64,000 bases of DNA from the IMG/VR virus record IMGVR_UViG_3300011855_000048, positions 1 to 64,000 of that record; one strand, written 5' to 3'. The first letter of the stretch is position 1. Each line of letters begins with the position of its first letter. The notes under the pieces are model-generated. The model ran no database searches. It had not been told where the DNA came from and saw only the letters and a program-made list of their open reading frames with translations. Shown piece after piece: positions 37,607 through 45,804 of this stretch. This DNA is from an uncultured virus (IMG/VR IMGVR_UViG_3300011855_000048). Its lineage: Duplodnaviria; Heunggongvirae; Uroviricota; Caudoviricetes. A program made the position numbers and the translations under genes.

Positions 37607-38278
37607 TTAGTTGCTTAATCCAGCCGCTTTACGACGCTTGTACTCTTCCATCAAAATCTGCGCAGGCGTTGGCCCGGCAGGATGGTGTGGTGCAGCAAGC
37701 TGGCGGCGTATAGGTGGCACGGTGAAACCATTGCCTACGTGCTTGGTCCACTTCGTCAGTAATTTTTCTGCCAGTTTTTTTAGCTCCCCTTCAGTCATCT
37801 GGCGCTCGACGCCAGTTCTTCGCATCTCGATGCAGATGTGGTACAGCACCGGCTGCGGCCACGGATATTTATCACTCCCGGAGTAGCGGTATGACTCATT
37901 GCGCCACTTCCGGTACGCGTCCATCACTCCTTCAGACGTCAGTCCGAACGGGTTAGCCCCGCTTTCGGATACCAGAGAGACAAACTCTGCCAGGTCTGGC
38001 GGCCAGGTATTTCCCATAGCGCAGCGCTCCATGCACTGCTGGCAAACCAGCTTGATCTCGCTATCAGTCATCGAACCGATCTGGGCTATCCACAGAGCCG
38101 AGGGCTCGGCGCCATTCTTCTGGGTCCAGCGGTTCGAGAACACCTCGCCCATCACCCTCCACAGCTGCCATGCCGTTTTCACCGCCATCAATCCCGTTTC
38201 TGCGACACCAGCTCTCGTAGGCTGCGTCGATCTGCTGAACAGCTCGGGATGCTGTTGGCTCTGGTCGAACTCCTGCAT
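37607..38278 (-). CDS. Replication protein P-like
   Basis: TWPPDLAEF and YPWPQPVLYHIC motifs; follows O; start at 38278 or 38188. Confidence 0.7.
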   Translation of the reverse strand: MQEFDQSQQHPELFSRSTQPTRAGVAETGLMAVKTAWQLWRVMGEVFSNRWTQKNGAEPSALWIAQIGSMTDSEIKLVCQQCMERCAMGNTWPPDLAEFVSLVSESGANPFGLTSEGVMDAYRKWRNESYRYSGSDKYPWPQPVLYHICIEMRRTGVERQMTEGELKKLAEKLLTKWTKHVGNGFTVPPIRRQLAAPHHPAGPTPAQILMEEYKRRKAAGLSN

Positions 38279-39059
38279 ATGTCACTCCTCCGGTTTCAGG
38301 TTTCTTCTTCGCTCTTACGTGCACAATGTGCCGGGCAAATTTCTGCTCCCACTGGATTTGGGTAAAAACTTTCTGCTCGGCATTCCAGTAGGCGATGAAC
38401 TCTGCCAGCTCAGTTGGCAGATAATCCGGCTCTGGCAAGTTAATCCCCCACTGCGCCGCCCGCTGTCGAAAATCCATGGACGGCAACCATCCGGTGACCA
38501 GACTGAACTTGCCTATCGGCTCGCTCAGGCCCTCAAGGTATCGAGGTGCTGCAGGTTCTACCGGAGGAGTTGCCTGGTCGGAGTTTTCACTCACTCCTGC
38601 GCTAAGAGAGGGGGTTGATCCTTTTCCCTTCCCTTCCCTTCCTTTTCCGTCAGTGAGTTCTCCCTGAGCACTCAATGAGTCCTCATTGAGTGCTCCATCA
38701 TTGGGTGGTGTATTTGGGCGACCCTTTTCACTGAATTCAGGCGGTAGGGGCAGCTTTGTAGCTGATGGCCTGTTGATCTTCTGATGTTTCAGAAAACCTT
38801 TTATGCACAAATAAGTAATTCCACTCACTGAATACTCACTGAGTAATCCGTGAGTTATCAGCTCATTTATCAGCGGCTCACAGTCGATGCTGTCTGCAGG
38901 AAATATTTGCATCTTGAGTCGCTTTGGCGAGCGCTCAAGACATCCCATATCGTTAGCGAAGTTGAATAACCCGATAAACAGGAGACGCGCTGGAATTGAG
39001 CATTCCACCACCTTCTCATCTGTCCAGAATTCAGGTTTAACTGTTCTGATGCGGGCCAT
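38064..39059 (-). CDS. Replication initiator (O-like) with DnaT-like C-terminal domain
   Basis: MARIRTVKPEFW, HQKINRP and ELAEFIAYW..QWEQKFA motifs; internal iterons. Confidence 0.85.
   Translation of the reverse strand: MARIRTVKPEFWTDEKVVECSIPARLLFIGLFNFANDMGCLERSPKRLKMQIFPADSIDCEPLINELITHGLLSEYSVSGITYLCIKGFLKHQKINRPSATKLPLPPEFSEKGRPNTPPNDGALNEDSLSAQGELTDGKGREGKGKGSTPSLSAGVSENSDQATPPVEPAAPRYLEGLSEPIGKFSLVTGWLPSMDFRQRAAQWGINLPEPDYLPTELAEFIAYWNAEQKVFTQIQWEQKFARHIVHVRAKKKPETGGVTYAGVRPEPTASRAVQQIDAAYESWCRRNGIDGGENGMAAVEGDGRGVLEPLDPEEWRRALGSVDSPDRFDD
38620..38844. repeat. Putative replication origin iterons
   Basis: Perfect 14-bp inverted repeat GAGCACTCAATGAG/CTCATTGAGTGCTC at 38666-38695; further ACTCACTGA copies at 38823-38844; adjacent pyrimidine tract. 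Confidence 0.65.
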
Positions 39060-39111
39060 CTAAAACCTCATATTAACCAGCAGATGCTGGTGGTCATTGG
39101 TCAAAACTCGA

Positions 39112-39672
39112 TTAAAAAATTTGTGGGGCAATCGCGCTAAGCGTTGCGAGCAGCGGCCCGGCAATATCTGATGGAAGCATTGCTGTTTTGGCTGAAATGG
39201 ACTCCAGCAGCTCTTTAACCTGAACAGCTACTGGCAAACCAAGCAGAACGGCCTGATGAGCTTCAACGTCCTCTTTCATTGAGGATGCCACCAGCTCAGG
39301 GCTGGTCTTTTCATCCCGACGCCAGCCGTAGCGCTTGGCGATCGCCAGAGGCATCGCGGTGATAATCGCTTCAGACAATTGCATCACATAGCCGGTGTAC
39401 TTCTCTGAGCCGCCCTCATTTCGAAGGTAACGGAAGAGATTCTGTTTATTGACGGTTATGCCTCGGCCGCCAACGGCAAGCCAGCGCTCAGCCACCAGAC
39501 GGGCGATGTCATCTTGCTGCGTTTTTCCTGGCAGAGTGCCCTCCCAGTCACGAACCGCGTCGAGCAGACGGCGGCATTTCATGCTATCCCGGCGCCGAGG
39601 TTGAAACTGATTTTGCGGTTTCAGCGCAACCCCGCTGCGCTGGTTATTATGTTCACATGTCAGCGATTGCAT
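39112..39672 (-). CDS. CII-like / YdaT-family regulator
   Basis: Follows cro; AVRDWE and KQNLFRYL motifs. Confidence 0.75.
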   Translation of the reverse strand: MQSLTCEHNNQRSGVALKPQNQFQPRRRDSMKCRRLLDAVRDWEGTLPGKTQQDDIARLVAERWLAVGGRGITVNKQNLFRYLRNEGGSEKYTGYVMQLSEAIITAMPLAIAKRYGWRRDEKTSPELVASSMKEDVEAHQAVLLGLPVAVQVKELLESISAKTAMLPSDIAGPLLATLSAIAPQIF

Positions 39673-39899
39673 GGCTTGGTCTCCACAGGAAGTCCGTCAG
39701 TTGGGTTCGGATACAGATCGGGGCGGAGTTCATGAGGTGTAACTCCGGTTGCTTGAAAAACCGGCAGGACATGGCTTGATGGAATAAGCCCCTTGTGTCG
39801 TTTTTTCCAGTGGCTAATAGCCATGGGTGACAGCGAGATCTTTTTAGCTAATCGGCTTGCACCACCTGCCGCCAGAATAGCTTTTTCAAGTGCGTTCAT
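39660..39899 (-). CDS. cro: Cro / YdaS-family repressor
   Basis: HTH and a TGVTPHELRPDLYP C-terminus. Confidence 0.88.
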   Translation of the reverse strand: MNALEKAILAAGGASRLAKKISLSPMAISHWKKRHKGLIPSSHVLPVFQATGVTPHELRPDLYPNPTDGLPVETKPCNR

Positions 39900-39927
39900 A
39901 ACTTGCTCCATAGGAAGACATGAAGCG

Positions 39928-39991
39928 ATTAAACATTATGTTTATACCAATGTCAACTTTATGAATGCCAATTGCTTAAACATTTTGTTTA
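39928..39991 (-). promoter_or_regulatory. pR and OR operators
   Basis: TTGACA-17-TTTAAT on the minus strand; palindromes TAAACATTATGTTTA (39930-39944) and TAAACATTTTGTTTA (39977-39991). Confidence 0.8.
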
Positions 39992-40035
39992 AACTCAAGT
40001 GATACCGTCTACCACTAAAACAAGCTCTGAAAATC

Positions 40036-40422
40036 ATGAGACCAACTTCGCATCAAGCAGATAGCCCTCAAGTTCAGCGCCTTATTGAGCTAATGGATTT
40101 AAAAGGAGCAACCAAAGCCGACCTTGCCCGAGTAGCTGGCGTTAGCCCTCAATCTGTGAACAACTGGTTTACCCGGGGAGCGATTGGTAAAAACTCGGCG
40201 TTGAAAATTGCAGATGCCTATGGTGTTTCCGTGGCATGGATCTTGGGGGAAGAGGTTCACGAATCATCAGGACTCAGGGATAAAGAGCGCCGTATGCTTG
40301 AGCTTTTCAACCAGTTACCGGAAGCAGAGCAAGACAGAATGATTGATACTTTCGAACTGCGTTTAAAAGAAATCGATGATTACGTTGAAAAATATCTCCG
40401 TGGTAGATTTAAGAACAGTTAA
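40036..40422 (+). CDS. CI-like repressor without an S24 peptidase domain
   Basis: 128 aa; KADLARVAGVSPQSVNNW HTH; divergent from cro. Confidence 0.88.
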   Translation: MRPTSHQADSPQVQRLIELMDLKGATKADLARVAGVSPQSVNNWFTRGAIGKNSALKIADAYGVSVAWILGEEVHESSGLRDKERRMLELFNQLPEAEQDRMIDTFELRLKEIDDYVEKYLRGRFKNS

Positions 40423-40445
40423 CCACCAACCTTTCCCACCAGATC

Positions 40446-40469
40446 AACCCGCCTCGTGCGGGTTTTTTT
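40446..40469 (+). terminator. Terminator after cI
   Basis: AACCCGC-CTCGT-GCGGGTTTTTTT. Confidence 0.8.
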
Positions 40470-40527
40470 ATGCCTGCTAAAGCCTTCAATAGTTGAAGTG
40501 TTCATCTGATATCGTAAAATCATTTTG

Positions 40528-40556
40528 TTGACACAAATATAAACTTTGTGTTTAAT
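40528..40556 (+). promoter_or_regulatory. pL and OL operator
   Basis: TTGACA-17-TTTAAT overlapping TAAACTTTGTGTTTA (40540-40554). Confidence 0.8.
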
Positions 40557-40703
40557 TGATTATCGCAACACGTCATCAAGGCAGGAAGCCCACGCAGTAG
40601 CTGCCGGCGGCATACGAAGCACCGGATGAGATGGCAATGACAATGCGCAGCAGGTTTCAACGTTCAGGCAGCCTGCCTTTAATGGCAAAAAAGGAAATTC
40701 AAC

Positions 40704-40844
40704 ATGACAGACTTTGCACGCAATCCATCGAGATGCCAGGCAGTACGTCTGCCCTTATTTTGGGCCGTCATTCGCCGCATCTGCTACTTCCTCGCCCAGA
40801 AAGGCGATCCGGCTGCCGACCAACAGCCAGCAGTTCATCAGTAA
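40704..40844 (+). CDS. 46-aa first gene of the pL operon (not in ORF track)
   Basis: AAGGA RBS; MTDFARNPSRCQAVRLPLFWAVIRRICYFLAQKGDPAADQQPAVHQ. Confidence 0.6.
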   Translation: MTDFARNPSRCQAVRLPLFWAVIRRICYFLAQKGDPAADQQPAVHQ

Positions 40845-41007
40845 TCGAGTTTTGAATAATGGCTGTTGCCAGCCCCATGCCCGGTGCTCAGAGCATGATG
40901 ATGGTAATACCGCCATCGTAACCAAACAGGAGACGAAGACCTGTTCTGGTTAAATTGGAAAATGTTCTTTTGCCCGTCAAGCGGCGGGCCTTTTTCCGGA
41001 GGTTTAT

Positions 41008-41340
41008 ATGTCAGCAAATGAACTGGCATTGCGATTCAGTAGCGCGCCAGCAGAGCAACTGATTGGCGTTCTCCCGGTGCTGGAGGTCAAAGAGGCACTG
41101 CGTGAAGAAGTCGAGGACGATGTGCTGAATGAAGTGTGGCAGGAGCATCAGTTCGAGATGGATGCTGTTGAAGAGCAGGCTGACGAAGCGAACCGACTTG
41201 CCAGTAAATTTGAACTTGTTGCAGAAGCTTTTGGGACCGCTATCAAGCAGGCGGTACAGCAACTTCCTAACTGCGAAGTTAAAACCATCTTAAACGACGT
41301 GTTAGAGGATCATCCAGGCTACGGGCGAGACCCTCAATAA
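41008..41340 (+). CDS. Hypothetical acidic phage protein
   Basis: GGAGG RBS; terminator at 41344-41365. Confidence 0.75.
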   Translation: MSANELALRFSSAPAEQLIGVLPVLEVKEALREEVEDDVLNEVWQEHQFEMDAVEEQADEANRLASKFELVAEAFGTAIKQAVQQLPNCEVKTILNDVLEDHPGYGRDPQ

Positions 41341-41479
41341 CGCAAAAACCCGCCGAAGCGGGTTTGTACGCCGGTCAGCCGACCAAAGCTTTCCGGAATC
41401 GAGTTTTGAACAATGACCACTACCCGAGGGGAGCTATCAAAGTCCCGGGTATCTTACAACCTAAAGGAACCCGAACGCA

Positions 41480-43528
41480 ATGAACACGTATGCGTATCTC
41501 ATTAAAGCCAAAGCAAAAGCCGCCAATGCTAAAAGCTTCTTTTGCTGGTTCTCTGCAAAATCAGACTCCCGCGCTGACCGTCAGATCCTCGATATTCTGG
41601 AGGATGCAGAAATTGAAACCGGCCGCGGCGCCGACCACCAGCTGCCGATCCGCACTAACTGGTTTGTGGTAGACGACCTGCCAGAGGAAGGCGTTCTTGA
41701 CGACACCTGGTGCGATCGCTACACCCTTGCTGACGACGGGGCCAGCTGGCAGAAGATTGTTGCTGAACCCGCACCTACGCCCGCACCAGAGCAGGAGCAG
41801 GAGCAGGAGCAGGAGCAGCCCATCCCCTCCACACCACTGTCAACATCTGATGAAAACTTAACTTATAACCTGGCACTCCTCCCTTTCAGGGCGCAGTTAT
41901 TGGCGCAGTTTCTCACAGAAGAGAAACATGCCTCCCATATCAGCTGGCCAACAAAATGCCAGATCGCCGATCTGGAGATGGATACCGATAACAACTATAT
42001 CCAGAATCTGTTACTGGCGGCCGAGAACAATCCGAAGCTCAAAGACTATGACCTTCACGGTCTCTGGAAGGTCACCACGGCTGTGAAAAAGGTTTTCCCT
42101 GTCGATAAACGGCATGAACTGGGAACACTGATCACGTTTATTAAGCTCTGGCTTGAGCATGACCATATCGACCGCGGCATTTTGGTTCGTGAATGGGCCA
42201 ACGGGAACAGGATTTCCGCTGTGCAGCGTACCAACTCGGGCGCAAACGCTGGAGGCGGCAACCAGACAGATCGTAACCCGGACCTGGTGCATACCTTCGA
42301 CGTCCTCGACAAGGAAATTGCGTTGGCAACCCTGCCAATGGATTTCAATATCTATGACCTGCCGGGCAGTATTTATCGGCGCGCAAAAGAGATTGTGCAG
42401 AAAAAAGAGAGTCCATTTAAGGAATGGTCTGTCGCACTGCGAGCGACTCCGGGGATCCTGGATTACTCGCGCGCGGCGATTTTTGCTCTAATCCGTAGTG
42501 CAGAGGAGCATTTAACACCTTTCCCAGATAGATTGCGTGGGTATATCTGCGCAAACCTGACTGAAACAGATCATGCAAACCCAACACCAGAAACGCTGGC
42601 GGCCGCACGGCACGTCCCGGAACTCGACGCAGCGGAAGAGGTAAATCGCCTGCAGCCGGATGAACCAGCAAAAAATAACCAGCCAAAGATTGCCAACGCG
42701 GGTGGCGGCATTTTCACAATTGAAGGGCTTGCAGCACCAGCACCAGCACCAGCACCAGCACCAGCACCAGCAGAAGTTACCACCGAAACTGAGGACGCGG
42801 ACAATGTGCCGATGGAAGAACCTTTCAGCAATGAAGAACAAACTGGAGCTGTCCCGGCGTCGGGCGAAGCGGGAATGGTCGCGAGTGAAAGCGGTGCTGA
42901 GGATTGTGAAAAGGCAGATCCCGTAAATAATGATACCCGGATTCAAAATTCAGATGCGCTTTATACTCACCTCATGGTCGATCTGGAGACAATGGCCTCC
43001 GGCCCTGATGCTCCGATAGTCTCGATTGGCGCGGTATTTTTTGACCCCGCTACCGGCCAGCTGGGCCCGGATTTCTATAAAGCGGTAAGTCTTGAGTCTG
43101 CAATGGCATGGGGCGGCGTACCAGAGGCTAGTACGATTATCTGGTGGCTCAAGCAGTCAGCAGAGGCCCGATCGGCTATCGCGATGGATGACGCTATTCC
43201 TCTTGATGACGCCCTGCTCCAGTTAAATGATTTTATTAGCGAGAATGCAGCCAATGGCCCTGCCAACATTCAGGTTTGGGGAAATGGTGCCACTTTCGAT
43301 AACGTTATCTTGCGCAGCTCTTACGACCGAACAGGTATCGACTGCCCGTGGAGGCTCGTTAACGATCGCGATGTGCGTACCATCGTCGAGCTCGGTAAAT
43401 CCGTCGGATGTGAACCGCGCTACAAAATCCAATTTGTTGGCGATCAGCATAATGCACTGGCCGACGCCCGGCACCAAGCCAAATACGTTTCGGTTATCTG
43501 GCAGCGACTAACCGCTACTTCAAACTGA
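41480..43528 (+). CDS. RecE/Exo VIII-like N-terminus fused to a 3'-5' DEDDh exonuclease
   Basis: DLPEEGVLDDTWCDRY N-terminus; HLMVDLET, WGNGATFD and HNALADARHQA motifs. Confidence 0.85.
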   Translation: MNTYAYLIKAKAKAANAKSFFCWFSAKSDSRADRQILDILEDAEIETGRGADHQLPIRTNWFVVDDLPEEGVLDDTWCDRYTLADDGASWQKIVAEPAPTPAPEQEQEQEQEQPIPSTPLSTSDENLTYNLALLPFRAQLLAQFLTEEKHASHISWPTKCQIADLEMDTDNNYIQNLLLAAENNPKLKDYDLHGLWKVTTAVKKVFPVDKRHELGTLITFIKLWLEHDHIDRGILVREWANGNRISAVQRTNSGANAGGGNQTDRNPDLVHTFDVLDKEIALATLPMDFNIYDLPGSIYRRAKEIVQKKESPFKEWSVALRATPGILDYSRAAIFALIRSAEEHLTPFPDRLRGYICANLTETDHANPTPETLAAARHVPELDAAEEVNRLQPDEPAKNNQPKIANAGGGIFTIEGLAAPAPAPAPAPAPAEVTTETEDADNVPMEEPFSNEEQTGAVPASGEAGMVASESGAEDCEKADPVNNDTRIQNSDALYTHLMVDLETMASGPDAPIVSIGAVFFDPATGQLGPDFYKAVSLESAMAWGGVPEASTIIWWLKQSAEARSAIAMDDAIPLDDALLQLNDFISENAANGPANIQVWGNGATFDNVILRSSYDRTGIDCPWRLVNDRDVRTIVELGKSVGCEPRYKIQFVGDQHNALADARHQAKYVSVIWQRLTATSN

Positions 43529-43597
43529 TTTTCCAATTTCAGCATTCTACCCACCAGCCAGTTATCTTTAACTGGCTGGCTATCGGAGGTGATAGCC

Positions 43598-43831
43598 ATG
43601 TACGAACTCACACTGTCACCTGCGGAAATTGCAGAAGTAACAGGTTATCGACGCTATACCGAGCAGCAGCGCCAACTGCGCTGCCATGGCATCCCGTTTA
43701 CTACTGACGGTAGAAACAGGCCAATAGTGTTACGAAAAAACCTGGCACCGAATATCTCTGAATTACCAAAGGTTGATGAATATGTTGCAACAGAACCTGA
43801 CTTCGACGCCATTTATGGGACGACCACGTAA
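43598..43831 (+). CDS. Excisionase-like protein (DUF4224-like)
   Basis: LSPAEIAEVTGYRRYTEQ; overlaps the integrase start. Confidence 0.75.
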   Translation: MYELTLSPAEIAEVTGYRRYTEQQRQLRCHGIPFTTDGRNRPIVLRKNLAPNISELPKVDEYVATEPDFDAIYGTTT

Positions 43832-44852
43832 AAATCCGAAGGATGCTCAACTGCCGCCTCGGGTAACAAAAAACAAATACAGCTATGTTTGGAAGCCAAA
43901 GGGAACTAAAAAAAGCATTACGCTGGGAAAAATACGTGAAACCAGCATGTCGAAACTTTGGGCTAATTATGAGAAAGAAAAATCGAAACATCATGACGTC
44001 ATGACTTTCTCAAAATTGTGGGGGATGTTTCTCGACAGCCCAACGTTTACTGAACTGGCTGCTCGAACTCAAAAAGATTACGCCCAGCATCAGAAAAAAC
44101 TACTCGCAGTATTTGGAAAAATGAGGGCTGATGAAATTAAGATTGAGCAGGTCAGAATTTTTATGGACAAGCGGGGGTTAGCCAGTAAGAACCAGGCCAA
44201 TCAAGAGGTCTCAAGTATGTCGCGGGTTTTTGGTTGGGGATTTGAAAGAGGCTATGTGAAGGGGAATCCATGCCGGGGAATCAGGAAATTTACTCTTGTA
44301 GATAGAGACGTGTATATACCGGATGAAGACTACCTGGCTATTTATGAAAACGCCAGGCCGGAAGTGCAGGTAGCTATGGAGATCTCGTATCTGTGTGCAG
44401 CGCGAGAGGGGGATGTATTTGATTTGAAAATTCCAGATCTGCGCGCCGATGGAATTTTCATCGAGCAGAATAAAACAGGCAAGAAACAGATCAAGAAATG
44501 GACGCCTCGATTGCAGGCTGCTATCGCCTTAGCTCACCGGCATTTTGCGAATAAGTCAGCAGCGGGATACATAATCCCCTCACCTAGCGGTGGGCGGATG
44601 AACAAAAAAACGTTCAATACTTGGTGGAACACTGCGAAAAAAGCTGCTGCATTGAGTCTAGGGCGAGAAATCCCTGGCACTTTTCATGACATCAAGGCTA
44701 AAGCGATCTCAGATTATGATGGTAGTAGTAGAGATAAACAGCTATTTTCTGGACATAAAACTGAAGGGCAAGTATCCGCTTATGATAGGAAAGTCAAGAT
44801 ATCTCCAACTTTAGAATTTCCACTAGAGGCTCAACACAAATCAATTAAGTGA
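43815..44852 (+). CDS. int: Tyrosine integrase
   Basis: MGRPRK arm-binding start; catalytic R (AAREGD), K (KTG), FHDIKAK, GHK and Y (AYDR). Confidence 0.93.
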   Translation: MGRPRKNPKDAQLPPRVTKNKYSYVWKPKGTKKSITLGKIRETSMSKLWANYEKEKSKHHDVMTFSKLWGMFLDSPTFTELAARTQKDYAQHQKKLLAVFGKMRADEIKIEQVRIFMDKRGLASKNQANQEVSSMSRVFGWGFERGYVKGNPCRGIRKFTLVDRDVYIPDEDYLAIYENARPEVQVAMEISYLCAAREGDVFDLKIPDLRADGIFIEQNKTGKKQIKKWTPRLQAAIALAHRHFANKSAAGYIIPSPSGGRMNKKTFNTWWNTAKKAAALSLGREIPGTFHDIKAKAISDYDGSSRDKQLFSGHKTEGQVSAYDRKVKISPTLEFPLEAQHKSIK

Positions 44853-45464
44853 ACGGAGCCATTCATCGATTTTCATTCGCTCTTTTTTTACATACTCAAC
44901 AATAGTCATCCCCTTTGATGGGGGATGACTTTTTTGAAATGCTTCGTAAAGCATATTCATCGTATCTTGGGAAACACCTAAAATTTCCTGCACTCGAGTA
45001 GCTCGCACCGACAGATCCATTTGGTGGGCAGACTCGCAGTCCAATGTAACTTTTTCGGGATACAATGAAAGCCAAGAATTATCAAAAGCAATTCCTCTAG
45101 CTTCCAACAGGCTAATGTACTTATAAGCTTGATTCATTTTGGCAAAAACATTCATTTCGAAAAGCCGATAGGTCGATTTATCTTGTTTCCTCTTGCTTTG
45201 GATTTTAATGCCATGACTATATATTGCGGATGCCTGACCGTTTTGACATTTATTTATCCAAAAATCGATTGAAACATCAGCAATATCATTGACGATTTTA
45301 GCTAATGCATCAACGAGTGACTTAGTCTCGGAGCGGGTGGCAAGACGGGACGAATTACTATACGTAACTTTCCAGCCAACAAAGACAAGAACAATGCTTG
45401 TACAACTAAACATCCATGCATTTTGGGCTACTAACTGGAGTAGCCCAACAGGTTGATTAACCAC
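44841..45464 (-). CDS. Hypothetical protein with N-terminal TM helix
   Basis: 207 aa; third gene of an AT-rich operon; hydrophobic segment ending GWKV. Confidence 0.75.
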   Translation of the reverse strand: MVNQPVGLLQLVAQNAWMFSCTSIVLVFVGWKVTYSNSSRLATRSETKSLVDALAKIVNDIADVSIDFWINKCQNGQASAIYSHGIKIQSKRKQDKSTYRLFEMNVFAKMNQAYKYISLLEARGIAFDNSWLSLYPEKVTLDCESAHQMDLSVRATRVQEILGVSQDTMNMLYEAFQKSHPPSKGMTIVEYVKKERMKIDEWLRSLN

Positions 45465-45477
45465 TTAACGTTTATCC

Positions 45478-45804
45478 TTATGCTCGCTCAGGTTCCGCAT
45501 TGTCTATGAAGCGCTCAATTTGTTCCTTGTAGAAAGGCATCTCACTTTTGATGACAAGCCGGCTTTTTAAGCCTTGCTTAGTCAGACCTTCTTTCCGAAC
45601 AAGCCCTCCGAATGCCTCTTCGAGGAATGAAGATCCTACGCCCAGAGCAATGCCGTTAAAATCAACAACAACCTCTTGCTCACCAGAACGTAACGCTGGC
45701 ACCAAGAAATCTTTGCGGAATTTTTCAGCACTATAAGGACTGTCAGACATGAATCGACCAAAAGGTGTTTTCGAAAAGTCCTTAGCTATGACGATGTTAA
45801 TCAT
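45478..45804 (-). CDS. STAS-like (DUF4325-type) protein
   Basis: DFSKTPFGR..VVVDFNGI..GSSFLEEAFG. Confidence 0.85.
   Translation of the reverse strand: MINIVIAKDFSKTPFGRFMSDSPYSAEKFRKDFLVPALRSGEQEVVVDFNGIALGVGSSFLEEAFGGLVRKEGLTKQGLKSRLVIKSEMPFYKEQIERFIDNAEPERA

Noticed and set aside
40565..40640. Hammerhead-like ribozyme
   Set aside because: The CUGANGA and GAAA core elements are not present in the required form or order.
31037..41365. Recurrent CCCGCCGAAGCG at about 31037, 35093 and 41349
   Set aside because: A common intrinsic terminator stem-loop.
37587..41419. CRISPR-like interpretation of the repeated 20-mer
   Set aside because: Copies are dispersed, on both strands and irregularly spaced; no cas genes.
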